From assembly GCF_009914755.1 (NCBI RefSeq), contig NC_060936.1: a DNA stretch of 64,000 bases; one strand, given 5' to 3'. Position 1 is the first letter of the stretch. The number at the start of each line of letters is the position of its first letter. Below, piece after piece: positions 1 to 36,329 of the stretch. This DNA is from the human T2T-CHM13v2.0 reference genome, Homo sapiens. Below the pieces are notes generated by a model. That model was not told where the DNA came from and made no database searches. It saw only the letters and a program-made list of their open reading frames with translations. The position numbers and the translations under genes are program-made.

Positions 1-67
1 AAGATTAAGGCACAAATTTCCTGGAAGCTGTCAGTGCTTGATTACTGTAGCTGTTTTTTATTTTTAC

Positions 68-368
<301 letters not shown>

Positions 369-493
369 CTGTAGCTGTTTTTTAGAGTAGAGGTATATAT
401 GCTATATTTGCATTAGAGCTATGATTCATAAACAACAGCTGTATGTATATGCTGTACTGATAGAAAGTAACATCTTCCTATATACAATTTTTT

Positions 494-1480
494 TTTTTTA
501 ATTTATTTTTTTATTGATAATTCTTGGGTGTTTCTCACAGAGGGGGATTTGGCAGGGTCATGGGACAATAGTGGAGGGAAGGTCAGCAGATAAACAAGTG
601 AACAAAGGTCTCTGGTTTTCCTAGGCAGAGGACCCTGCGGCCTTCCGCGGTGTTTGTGTCCCTGATTACTTGAGATTAGGGAGTGGTGATGACTCTTAAC
701 GAGCATGCTGCCTTCAAGCATCTGTTTAACAAAGCACATCTTGCACCGCCCTTAATCCATTTAACCCTGAGTGGACACAGCACATGTTTCAGAGAGCACA
801 GGGTTGGGGGTAAGGTCACAGATCAACAGGATCCCAAGGCAGAGGAATTTTTCTTAGTGCAGAACAAAATGAAAAGTCTCCCATGTCTACTTCTTTCTAC
901 ACAGACACGGCAACCATCCGATTTCTCAATCTTTTCCCCACCTTTCCCGCCTTTCTATTCCACAAAGCCGCCATTGTCATCCTGGCCCGTTCTCAATGAG
1001 CTGTTGGGCACACCTCCCAGAAGGGGTGGTGGCCGGGCAGAGGGGCTCCTCACTTCCCAGTAGGGGCGGCCGGGGCGGCTGGCCGGGCGGGGGGCTGACC
1101 CCCCACCTCCCTCCCGGACGGGGCGGCTGGCCGGGCAGAGGGGCTCCTCACTTCCCAGTAGGGGCGGCCGGGCAGAGGCGCCCCTCACCTCCCGGACGGG
1201 GCGGCTGGCCGGGCGGGGGGCTGACACCCCCACCTCCCTCCCGGACGGGGCGGCTGGCCGGGCGGGGGGCTGACACCCCCACCTCCCTCCCGGACGGGGC
1301 GGCTGGCCGGGCGGGGGGCTGACACCCCCACCTCCCTCCCGGACGGGGCGGCTGGCCGGGCAGAGGGGCTCCTCACTTCCCAGTAGGGGCGGCCGGGCAG
1401 AGGCGCCCCTCACCTCCCGGACGGGGCGGCTGGCCGGGCGGGGGGGCTGACCCCCCCCCCACCTCCCTCCCGGACGGGGA
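494..1480 (-). mobile_element. 5'-truncated SVA retrotransposon (poly-A + SINE-R + partial VNTR), young subfamily (SVA_F-like), antisense in a TXNRD1 intron
   Basis: T tract, then SINE-R (~510-1010), then GC-rich VNTR (~1010-1480). 17-bp TSD CCTATATACAATTTTTT at 477-493 and 1481-1497; TT/AAAA endonuclease site on the minus strand. Subfamily is from memory. Confidence 0.93.
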
Positions 1481-1966
1481 CCTATATACAATTTTTTAAC
1501 ATTTGGGGAGTTGTGGACCCTTTTGAAAACCTGGTGGACTATTCCTAGTAAAATAGGGTTACCAGAGTATCTGATTCCCACAGCTGGGTATTAAACTCTT
1601 GCTGTATTATAAAGTGACCGAATGGAAGGAACCTTCTGTGGAGAGTGGGGAGAGGGTACATTTTGGACAGAGAATGTAGTATGTGTACAAAGGCTCTGTG
1701 GGGAGAAATATTGTTCTAGATACCAAAAAGGCCTGATTGAAGTACAAAAGTGAATAAGGGTGGAGGTGGGATGAGGCCCTTATCATTTCCAAACAAATCT
1801 TAAGCAATGGACCAATTAAGCTCTTTTCCAAGGATTAGAACATTTTGATTAAAATTAAACAAGAAAGACTTCTCCAGTATGTTCAGAGAGGCTCATTTAA
1901 CTATATAAGAAGGAAAGGGAATTCAGGAAGGAAATTTTTATTATTTATTGATGTCAAATAAAATAA

Positions 1967-2290
<324 letters not shown>

Positions 2291-2977
2291 CCAGGTGGGT
2301 TTCTAAGTCATTATACCTAGTCTGTAGGTTGTTGTTGACATCTATTTGTAGTAGGTTGGTATATTTATTCTCCTCTGCCATCACTCAAGTATCAGGGCTT
2401 GCTCATTTCTTTCTGCATCCTTAACAACTGAAAACACCCCCTGGTTCTGATAAACACCCACATCTCCTTGCCCACTCCGATTTTTAAGACTTTGTAACTG
2501 TTACCCATATCACTATGGACCTGCTGTAATGTAATCTATCCTTTGTTGTCAATGAAAGCTGAGCATCTGTAGTCAAAAGAGAATCTCTGAATTTGGGCAA
2601 CAGTTGCCCTCCATGGGATTAATGATTCTGGGTGAATCACAAGATAGAAACCTGGGAAAAGCAGTAAGTCATTGGTTTGATTTTAGGGATGGTAGTGTGC
2701 TTTCTGTAGCTTGCTTTTCCCCCCCATTTTTCTCTGAATTTTATTGTTTGAGAACTCTTTCAAAGAAAGCCCCTCTAGCAGACAACATTGAGCAGCGAAA
2801 AAGAAGGAAATAATCATTTATCATCCTAATAATGTTAAGTGAGGGAGATGGGACATAAAAGACTTTTCAAGCACGATTTTATATTTTAACTTTGGGTTAA
2901 CCAGATGGAAGGGGAAGGTAGAGAATCCAACTTGATAAATGTCTTTATTTCACAGTAAAACTTTATCACTCTTACAG

Positions 2978-26076
<23,099 letters not shown>

Positions 26077-26291
26077 GCCCCAGTGTGGATGCTGTTGCCA
26101 AGACTGCAAACCACTGGCTCGTTTCCGTGCCCAAATCCAAGGCGAAGTTTTCTAGAGGGTTCTTGGGCTCTTGGCACCTGCGTGTCCTGTGCTTACCACC
26201 GCCCAAGGCCCCCTTGGATCTCTTGGATAGGAGTTGGTGAATAGAAGGCAGGCAGCATCACACTGGGGTCACTGACAGACTTGAAGCTGAC

Positions 26292-26376
26292 ATTTGGCAG
26301 GGCATCGAAGGGATGCATCCATGAAGTCACCAGTCTCAAGCCCATGTGGTAGGCGGTGATGGAACAACTGTCAAAT
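26292..26376 (+). promoter_or_regulatory. SECIS element (type II-like)
   Basis: Helix I ATTTGGCAG(26292-26300)/CTGTCAAAT(26368-26376); core ATGAA(26321-26325)/GGAA(26361-26364) with tandem G.A pairs; helix II GTCACC-A-GTCT/AGGC-GGTGAT; apical AA 26338-26339 followed by a mini-stem. Confidence 0.93.
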
Positions 26377-27070
26377 CAGTTTTAGCATGACCTTTCCTTG
26401 TGGATTTTCTTATTCTCGTTGTCAAGTTTTCTAGGGTTGAATTTTTTTCTTTTTTCTCCATGGTGTTAATGATATTAGAGATGAAAAACGTTAGCAGTTG
26501 ATTTTTGTCCAAAAGCAAGTCATGGCTAGAGTATCCATGCAAGGTGTCTTGTTGCATGGAAGGGATAGTTTGGCTCCCTTGGAGGCTATGTAGGCTTGTC
26601 CCGGGAAAGAGAACTGTCCTGCAGCTGAAATGGACTGTTCTTTACTGACCTGCTCAGCAGTTTCTTCTCTCATATATTCCCAAAACAAGTACATCTGCGA
26701 TCAACTCTAGCCAAATTTGCCCCTGTGTGCTACATGATGGATGATTATTATTTTAAGGTCTGTTTAGGAAGGGAAATGGCTACTTGGCCAGCCATTGCCT
26801 GGCATTTGGTAGTATAGTATGATTCTCACCATTATTTGTCATGGAGGCAGACATACACCAGAAATGGGGGAGAAACAGTACATATCTTTCTGTCTTTAGT
26901 TTATTGTGTGCTGGTCTAAGCAAGCTGAGATCATTTGCAATGGAAAACACGTAACTTGTTTAAAAGTTTTTCTGGTAGCTTTAGCTTTATGCTAAAAAAA
27001 ATAATGACATTGGGTATCTATTTCTTTCTAAGACTACATTAGTAGGAAAATAAGTCTTTTCATGCTTATG

Positions 27071-27834
27071 ATTTAGCTGTTTTGTGGTAATTGCTTTTTA
27101 AAGGAAGTTATTAATATCATAAGTTATTATTAATATTTTGAACACAGGTGGATGTGAAGGATTTTCATTTAAAAACCAAGTGGTTTTGACTTTTTCTGTT
27201 GAATGAACAACTGTGCCTTGTGGAATTTTTGCAGAAGTGTTTATGCTTTGTTAGCATTTCAACTTGCATTATTATAAAGAGGTATTAATGCCTCAGTTAT
27301 GTGTTTGTCAATGTACTGGCTGAGGATTCTATCTCAGCTGTCTTTTCTAACTGTGTAGGTTGAGTTTTGAACACGTGCTTGTGGACATCAGGCCTCCTGC
27401 CAGCAGTTCTTGAAGCTTCTTTTTCATTCCTGCTACTCTACCTGTATTTCTCAGTTGCAGCACTGAGTGGTCAAAATACATTTCTGGGCCACCTCAGGGA
27501 ACCCATGCATCTGCCTGGCATTTAGGCAGCAGAGCCCCTGACCGTCCCCCACAGGGCTCTGCCTCACGTCCTCATCTCATTTGGCTGTGTAAAGAAATGG
27601 GAAAAGGGAAAAGGAGAGAGCAATTGAGGCAGTTGACCATATTCAGTTTTATTTATTTATTTTTAATTTGTTTTTTTCTCCAAGTCCACCAGTCTCTGAA
27701 ATTAGAACAGTAGGCGGTATGAGATAATCAGGCCTAATCATGTTGTGATTCTCTTTTCTTAGTGGAGTGGAATGTTCTATCCCCACAAGAAGGATTATAT
27801 CTTATAGACTTGTCTTGTTCAGATTCTGTATTTA
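27071..27834 (+). promoter_or_regulatory. AU-rich elements: six ATTTA pentamers at 27071, 27167, 27520, 27651, 27655 and 27830
   Basis: Counted directly; the overlapping pair lies in the U-rich tract TTTTATTTATTTATTTTT (27647-27664). Confidence 0.8.
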
Positions 27835-27913
27835 CCCATTTTATTGAAACATATACTAAGTTCCATGTATTTTTGTTACAAATCTTCTGAAAAAAAACAA
27901 AACAATGTGAAAC

Positions 27914-27925
27914 ATTAAAATTAAA
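27914..27925 (+). terminator. Tandem ATTAAA polyadenylation signals of TXNRD1 (a possible distal AATAAA at 28131-28136)
   Basis: ATTAAAATTAAA followed by GT/T-rich sequence. Confidence 0.75.
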
Positions 27926-29352
27926 AGGCATTAATAATATCCACGTGTGCCTTCTTACTGAATGATGGTCTTGGGAGTCTTTGCAAGAGTATTGAGTAGA
28001 TCTCTGATATTGTGTTGAAAAGCTAGCTGCTGAGTAGGCTCCAATGATGCTATGCTGATTTAAGTATAGAAGAACTAATCAGTTCATTGCCATTTCCCAT
28101 CTTCTGGCAGTATCAGGCACATGGATGGTCAATAAATGTTTCCAGAAATGTTGATTACCATGTTCAGATTATGCATTCACATGCACTTAATCTTCTTAGG
28201 TATCACTTTTTAAGCAGAAACTCCTCTTTTATGTAATCTTTACCAAAAACCTTCCCAGTTTGTACTTGTTTTTGTGGTAAGTACTTGCAGGGTGCTAGTA
28301 ATAACAACAGCTAAATGAGTGTTTACTGCAACACGTGCAGGCACTGTGCTTGACACACCCTGGCTGATGTGATCCTTACAACAATCCTATTAGAGAAGGT
28401 GCTTTTGTACCCATTTATAGATGGAGAAACAGGCTCAGAAGTGTAAGTCACTTTCTTAGGATTACACAGCCAGTTAATGCATCACGTTTTTGAGGCCAGA
28501 GTTGGGTCTGTGACCTCAAAGGCGCTACCTCTTAGTTACCTCGCAGTGCAGCCTCCCATTCATCTCTGACAAATGGAAGCTTTTAGGTCTGCTGCATCAA
28601 TTCCTGGGACTTCACATTTTCACATGCCGTCAAGCAATGCTGTCTACACGCTTAATAAATACCTTGTCTTGAGATGTTCTAACACTTTCCTAACTGGACT
28701 TTCCACCGCCAGTTTACTTCCCACTAGAGCCAGGCTCTTATTGCCTGAACTTCCCTGTCTCAAGCCTTTGAGGTTTTCCCAAGGCCTGTAACTAGACCCA
28801 CAGTCCCCTGCCAGACCCTGAACCTGTTATCTGCAGCTCTAGCCTGCGCTTTCCCTTGCCTGTTCTGGCTACACCTGCTCTATGTCCCCATATAACTACT
28901 AGCCTCCCTCAAAGGTCACCTGCTCTGCGTAACTTCCAGCTGGTTCTCTACCTCTACTCCCAGGGTACTCTGTATTGTCTCTAGAGCTCTTTGAATTACT
29001 CTGCATGGAGTGTAGTGTGTGTTTCTGTCACCACCACTAGATAATGAGGGTTCTTTACCTCTGTGTGCCCCACAGCTTCTAGCACAAGGTCTGGCACTAC
29101 AGAAGCACTTAGAACATTGGTGTAATTGGATTGACAGGTAGAGCCATAACTATCAGAGATGGCCATATAGGAAGCCTTTTAATTTCTTCCTGTTATGTCA
29201 GGAGCCATTGATTTAAATGTTAATGAAAGTAGAAAGGGCCTAAACAGAAAAAAAGTCAGCCTCACTAGTGAGGGGGAATGCAAATTAAATTGCAGTGAAA
29301 TGCAAATCAAGCTGAAGTGAGATACCATTTTATACCCACTGTGAGTGGCTAC

Positions 29353-30162
29353 TTTTTTTTTTTCTTTGAGACAGGGTCTTGTTCTGTTTCCCAGGCTGGA
29401 GTGCAGTGGTGCGAACACAGCTCGCTGCAGCCTCTGACCTTCTGGGCTCAAGCCATCCTTCTACCTCAGCCTCCCAAGTAGCTGGGACTACAGGCATGCA
29501 CCACCATGCCCAGCTAATTTTTTAAGTTTTTGTGGAGATTGGGTTTTTTGCTCTATTGCCCAGGCTGGTCTTGAACTCCTGGGCTCAAGTGATCACCCTG
29601 CCTTGGCTTCCCAAAGTGCTAGGATTACAGGCATGAGCCACTGTCCTAGCCTGGATGGTTAATTTTATGTGTCAACTTGACTGGGCTAAGGGATGCCCAG
29701 AGAGCTGGTAAAATATTCCTGGATGTTTCTGTGAGGGTGTTTCTGAAAGAGATTAACACTGATTCGAATCAGGAGACAGTAAAGAGGGTCACCCTCACCA
29801 ATGTGGGTAGGCATTGTCTAATCCTTGAGGCCCAAATCAAACAAAAGGCAGAAAGGTGAATTTACTCTTTGCCCTTGAGCTTGGAGATCCATCTTCTCCT
29901 GCCCTCAGACCTTGCTGCTCTGGTTCTTGGGACTTTAGACTCAGATTAGGATTTGCACCCTTGGTTCCCTGGTCTCAGGCCTTCAGGTTTGGACTGAAAC
30001 TCCATGACTCACTCTCCTGGGCCTCCAGCCTGCAGATGGGACTGTGGGACTTTTCAGGCTCCATAATCACATGAGCCAATCCCTCCTAAAAATCTCTTTC
30101 CATATTTTATGTACACACATATGTATAAAATCCATTGTTTCTGTGGAGAGCCCTCATGCACC
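29353..30162. mobile_element. Antisense Alu (29353-29651) abutting an MLT2-like LTR (+, ~29652-30162)
   Basis: gatggttaattttatgtgtcaacttgactgggctaagggatgccca is the MLT2 start. Confidence 0.8.
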
Positions 30163-30284
30163 CATTGTATGGCAGATTTAAGAGTGCCAGTATCCAGTGT
30201 TGGCAAAGACATGGAGCAACTGGAACACTTATTATTATTGCTGGTGGGGATGTAAATTATTCAATCACTTCGGAAAACAGTGAA

Positions 30285-30840
30285 GATCAGCATATCAAAC
30301 ATTTCGAAAATGATTTGAAATTTTTTTACATGTTTTAACAAAGCCAGTTTATTTTGTAGTTTTAATAAAAAAGGTGCCCTTTTTGTCCCTGGATTCACTT
30401 AGCATTCATAATTTTTTTTAATACAATGAATTTAAATTGCTAAAAGATCATGGACTGGCTTTCTGGTTGGATTTCAGGTAAGATGTGTTTAAGGCCAGAG
30501 CTCTTCCTCAATATTTGTTTTTTTCCCAATATTTGATTTTTAAAATATACACATAGATGCTACATTTATAGCTTCTGGCTTAAAATTCTGTCATATGTCA
30601 CGTCTAGCCTTTTAGTATGGTAAATCATGTTTTACTTCTACTTAAACATTAATAATTTGGAGTATCTGTTACTAGTAATAGTAATTCTATAATTGTATAA
30701 TTGAGTTTTGTACTTAACACACATAGGTCATTCCTCATCTATCATTTGCACCCAGTGCAGTTTCATTTTTCAGATACCATGATGCAAAATAGAGTTTTTC
30801 ATCATTTAGGTGTAAGCAAAAACCCCCCAAACCAAAAAAT
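30285..30840 (+). pseudogene. Probable 5'-truncated processed retrocopy of an mRNA 3'UTR inserted into an old L1M fragment (parent tentatively ACTR2 from memory, unverified)
   Basis: Non-repeat AT-rich UTR-like block ending in a degenerate signal (AATAGA 30788) and an A-rich tail (30814-30840); L1M sequence stops at ...ggaaaacagt (30281) and resumes at ~30841. Confidence 0.55.
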
Positions 30841-31312
30841 GATACTGGCCGTTACCCAGTAGAATTAAACGCATGGATAGCTCATGACCCAGCTGTTACA
30901 CGCTTAGGTGAATACCCAGCACAAATGCACTGTCTACGTACCTAAAGACTTGTACAGGAGTGTTCATAACACTGTTATTAATTGCAAAACAAAATAAATC
31001 CCAAAAACAAACGTGGAAGCAGCCCAAATATCCATCACCATGAGAATGGGCAAATGAGTTGTGGTGTGTCCATGTAACAGAAGACTAACAGCAGGATATA
31101 TGTAACAAAATAGATCTAAGAAACAGTATTGAGTGAAAAAGTCAAAGGAGTATGTGCAATATGATTTCATTATGTGTACAGAGAGGCAAAGCTAAGAAAT
31201 ACAGTGTTTAGAGATAAAATTGTAATACCCTAAGGGAAAGCAAGAGAATTCAAAATGATGATCATAAAATAGAAGCTAGTAGTTACCAATGAAGGGGTAG
31301 AACAGTGGATGG

Positions 31313-31664
31313 TGTATTAGTCTGTTTTCACGCTGCCGATAAAGACATACCCGAGACTGGGTAATTTATAAAGAAAAAAGGTTTAATGGACTCACAGTTC
31401 CACGTGGCGGGGGAGGCTTCACAATCATGGCAGAAGGCAAAAGGCACGTCTTACGTGGCAGCAGACAAGACAGAATGAGAACCAAGTGAAGGGGATCTAC
31501 CCTTATAAAACCATCAGGCCTCGTAAGACTTACTCACTGCCACGAGAACGGTATGAGGGAAGCTGCCCATGATTCAATTATCTCCCACCAGGTCCCTCCC
31601 GCAACGCGTGGGAATTAGGGGAGCTACAATTAAGATGAGATTTGGGTGGGGCCAAACAATAGAA
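31313..31664 (-). mobile_element. THE1-like (MaLR) solo LTR
   Basis: tgtattagtctgttttcacgctgc...; 5-bp TSD GATGG at 31308 and 31665. Confidence 0.88.
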
Positions 31665-33049
31665 GATGGGATTAGGAAGGGGCAACCATGACTGAAAGGT
31701 CGCTCAGGACTTGTGCATTTGTTTATCAGTATTATCTATCTATCTATATATTTTTTATTTGGTTCTACCTTAAACTATTAAGGGATAATATCTATATTTT
31801 TAATAAACTTTTTAAAACAAGCCGCTTAGAAGAGGTGGGGGTGGAGGGTGCAGCTTGGAGTATTGGCAGAATACTAGGTAATAGGAATATGTCCATCAAG
31901 TTTTCACATACAGAAATAGACCAGACTAGAAAGAAAGATGCTACAGCAGAAGGCCCTTCCTGACCATCACCTACCATGGTTCCAACATCAGTCTGAAGTC
32001 GAGGAATGGGTTAAACATGCACTAAATTTTGGGGTAATTTCTGACACAGCAATAGATAATTAATACGTGGGAGTTGGAGAGGGAGGTTACAGAACAAGTA
32101 GGCCAGGCCTTATACCCCCTTTATATCACAGCACTCAACTTTTAACATTTTACAAGATTTTATTTAGGAAAGGAAAAGGGATGCATTAAGTTTTTAAATG
32201 TGAGGTTCCGTAGCAAGGAAGCAGGGTTTCCCTGCAGTACCTTTCCTGCTAATACACTTCACTGATGCGTTGACACATTGCCTTCTGGGCACTTTTTTTG
32301 TGCCACAAGATCTCACAAGGAGCTGAGCAGAGCAGACTAGGATGCTTCTGTGTCCCTTGGCCCTCAAAGTGAGCATGGTCTTACCAGTGAACGTCCTTTA
32401 GTACAGTTGTTCATCTATCCAGCACTATTTCATAGTATTTGAGATTGGAAAGGGAGGTCAGCTCCTCCAAGTCTGTTTGCAGATGCAGAAACTGAGGGCT
32501 AAATAGGCAAAGCTACCGAGTCAACATCAAGTTCAAGGTTAAACAGCCAAACACAGAAGCCAGTTTTAACTTCCAGTTATCTATTTTTCCACGCCACCAT
32601 CCTGCCCATCATCATCTTTGTAGATTCTCCTACATTCTTAAACACACCCAGCCACGTAAGCACACTTTTGATTGCAGTGAAATTGAAGAGTGTGAAGAAA
32701 GCATACATTGCTTATAAAAAAAAAAGGCGACAGGTCCTTGGCCCTGCAGTCCACATGTGGTAGGTATGCGGGAAACACATCCTACAGACCTCAAGTGAGG
32801 CATCAGAAGTCCTTGCCATTGGCTTCCTTTTGTGTATGATGGTGATACCCTCTTGTATGTCGGGAAAATGAGGTAGAACCTGCCTAATAATTGCAAAAGC
32901 AAACAGTCTGGGTGAGTGTGTGCTAAGTCAGCAGAGTCAAGGAAGAAAATTATGGACTATCCTTTATGTCCAGAGCACAGCGGACACAAAATGAAGAAAC
33001 ACAATCTAGGGTGAGTGTGGTCAGGTAAGGTGGGTGAGTGTAAAAGAAT

Positions 33050-34080
33050 TGTTATTCCTTCATTTCTTCAACAAATACTATGCACCAGGCACCTTTCTAG
33101 GCAGTAGAGCTGAGCAGTGAACAAACATCAGACATCCTCATCCTGAAAGGCTTATGTTATAGTGGAGGTAAACAGGCAAAACTAACACAAATAAGTAAAC
33201 TATATAGAAGTTAGTGCCATGGAGAAAAATCTAAGCAGAGGCGGGGTTAGGGCTGTGGGGCATAGGCAGTGGAATTTTAATTAAGGTGGTCAGGGAAGAC
33301 CTCAGTGAGAAGGTGACATTTGGCTTCTTCTGTCAAGCAGATATCTGGGGAAAAGCGCATTCCAGGCACAGAGGTCAGCAAGTGCAAAGGCCCTGAGGCA
33401 GCACATGTCTGGGAGGTTGGAGGAATGTCCAGTACGGTGGAGTTGAGTGGGGAAAGGAGTCAAGGTTGGAGACAGAACAGGGAGAGAGGGGCAGGTGGTT
33501 GGGATCTTGTTGCACTGGCACCACTGGGAGCCATTGGAGGGCTCTGAGCAGAGGAGGGGTGTGCTTCTAACTTACAGGTTCTCAGGAGCACTCTGGGGCT
33601 GGGCTGAGGGCAGCCTGAGGGTGAGGAAAGGGTGGAAGGTGGGAGCCCAGCAGGGAGGCCGCTGTAGTAATCTAAGGGAGAGAAGATGATGCCTAAGCCA
33701 TGGTAGTAGCAGTGGATGGACATTCTGACCTAATTTGAGAGTAGAATTTATGGTTAAATTGGATGTGGGGTGGGGGAGAGAGAGGAGTTAAGGATGACTC
33801 CAGAGTTTTGGACTTGAAGAATTGGAAGGACTGAGGTTGGAGGTGTCATTTCACTGAGGTGGGGAAACTATAGGAAGATGGGTGGGAATTATCAGATGCT
33901 TGGGTTTTGGGCACTGAGTTTGAGATGCTTATGAGACGTCTGAGTAGAGATGGTGAGTGGGCAGTTGGACATGAGTCGGGAGTTCCAGAATGAAGTCCAG
34001 GATACAGTTAAACAAATGTCACAGCATCAGCCCAGAAGGGTGTTTAAGGTCTCAAGAATGATGAAGTACCACAGGGCATG
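33050..34080 (-). mobile_element. L2 fragment
   Basis: cattt..caacaaatac..caccaggcac L2 end, followed by a purine-rich L2 body. Confidence 0.7.
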
Positions 34081-35766
34081 AATGCTTATAGAAAAGAGAT
34101 AAGCTCTGCTGGGAACCTGCAGCTATAGGAGGGGCCCACACTGGAACAGAGCTGCCTGAGGATTCCCTGGGGATCCTGGGGACCCTGTCCATGATGAGGG
34201 ATGGTGAGGTTTAGATCTAGAAACACAGGGGCGAGGAAAGGACGCTCCAGGCAGACCCCTGGCAAGCGAAAGCATGGATGTAGTCCAGGTTCGGGGCTTG
34301 GAGGGGCATGGAGACAGAAAGAGAAGCGCTCAAACGCAGGCCAACGCTGGGCACCGTTCTGGGGCAGTGGGAAGCAGAGAAGGCACACGGGGACAGGGCT
34401 GGGATGAGATTGAGGCTTCCGGCCGCAAAATCCAAGGAGGCACACGCTCTCCCAGAGCAAGATCGGTCCTTTAACAGCACTGAGAGTTCAGTTTCCTATT
34501 CCCTCACCCTAAGCCTGGCCCTGCAGAACCAATAAACAGCTGGGCTCTGAGCAGATTAAATTCCCAAGCCACACAGGTTTGAATCCCAGCAGCGCAGTTT
34601 TTGCCAAGTTATCTGTGCTTAACCTCACTTGGCCTCAGTTTCCTCTTCTGTAAAATAGGAGCAGTAATTGTATGCTTCAGGCCAACAGATAAGCCACTTT
34701 TTAGGCTTCTGTTGTTGAACTGCCTGTCCCGAGCTTGGGGGTGGGGAGACCAAAGCTTTGTGTGGAGGCTGCTGTCTTCCCACCTCCTCTTGCCCCCTTG
34801 GACTCTTCTTTGGAAGACTAGACTTTCCCTTGCTTTCCCATCAACCCAGCTCTCAGAGCAGCTCCAAGTACACTGTTGGTACTTTGTACATCATTGGAAT
34901 GAAAGAACACTGTGAAGTCCCACAGGTTTCATTCTCTTTGGTCTCGTCTTTTCCATGGCAACCACCTTTTTAAAGGCTTCCTTTATCTTTTGCTCTGATT
35001 TGCAATTGCCTCCTAAATTGTCTCTTTAACCTTCCTTTCCACTCTCCATTCTGACCAAATCGTGTAATAATAGTCAAGTTTTCCTCATATGCTTACTTCC
35101 AGCATCTTAGGGTTATGTTGTAAGTGCTATGCACATAGCAACATTTAATCCTCATGGCCACTACTCATTCTCAATTGGAAGTCCTGGCCAGGCACTCAGT
35201 GGGGTCCACCAATGAGAAGACAGGAAGGTGGGTCTGGGGCTCAGGAGGGAGGAGAGTGGAGGACTCTGAGTCAATATCCACACACAAAAAAGAATGACAT
35301 CCACAAGATCTGTTAGTGTTGCTAAGGTAGAGAAGGCGAGGCTGTTTCATCCCCACTAAGTGCCATGAGCAAAAGGCCCAGTGTTTACAAAAGCCTTTGA
35401 AACCATTTTGAAAATGCTCCAGAATATAAAGGAAAATAACTCAACAGAAGAAAATTACAATGGACAAATCTTTAAATGCCTACATACTTGCCTTATGCCA
35501 ATCAAATGCAATTAGATCTGATTCCTGTATGTCTGTAAATGAAGTACATTGAAAGTGGGAAAGTGATGCATTTCATTATATCTGGAATGATGTGGGCTCT
35601 AGAAGTACAAGTGCGTAGAGGAATAAAGGCCTTAAAATGGCCCAGAGAAGAAATGAAAAGAGAAGAGGCGTTATACTGAGGAGAGCTGCAGGCAGAGAAA
35701 GAACTGCACATCCAAAACGCCCTCCACGCAGTGACTCCACTAATCTTATAAGAACTTTAGAACTAG

Positions 35767-36216
<450 letters not shown>

Positions 36217-36329
36217 TAGTGTCCATCCCTGTGAACAGCAGGCTTCCACTTTGGTGTTCAGTTTTACTGGAACACACTTTGTTTATGGGCTTGAGTGAAT
36301 AAGGTCACATAGCTAAAAAATTTTATAGG

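Larger units (their letters stand above)
26077..27960 (+). other. TXNRD1: TXNRD1 3'UTR (end approximate)
   Basis: Repeat-free AT-rich stretch from the stop codon to the tandem ATTAAA signals. Confidence 0.85.

Noticed and set aside
1010-1480. Repeat-spacer-like array (CRISPR-like)
   Set aside because: It is the SVA VNTR: tandem units without unique spacers, in eukaryotic DNA
503-1581. ORFs of 63-208 aa (e.g. 683-1063, 955-1581)
   Set aside because: All derive from SVA SINE-R/VNTR sequence; GC-rich repeats lack stop codons
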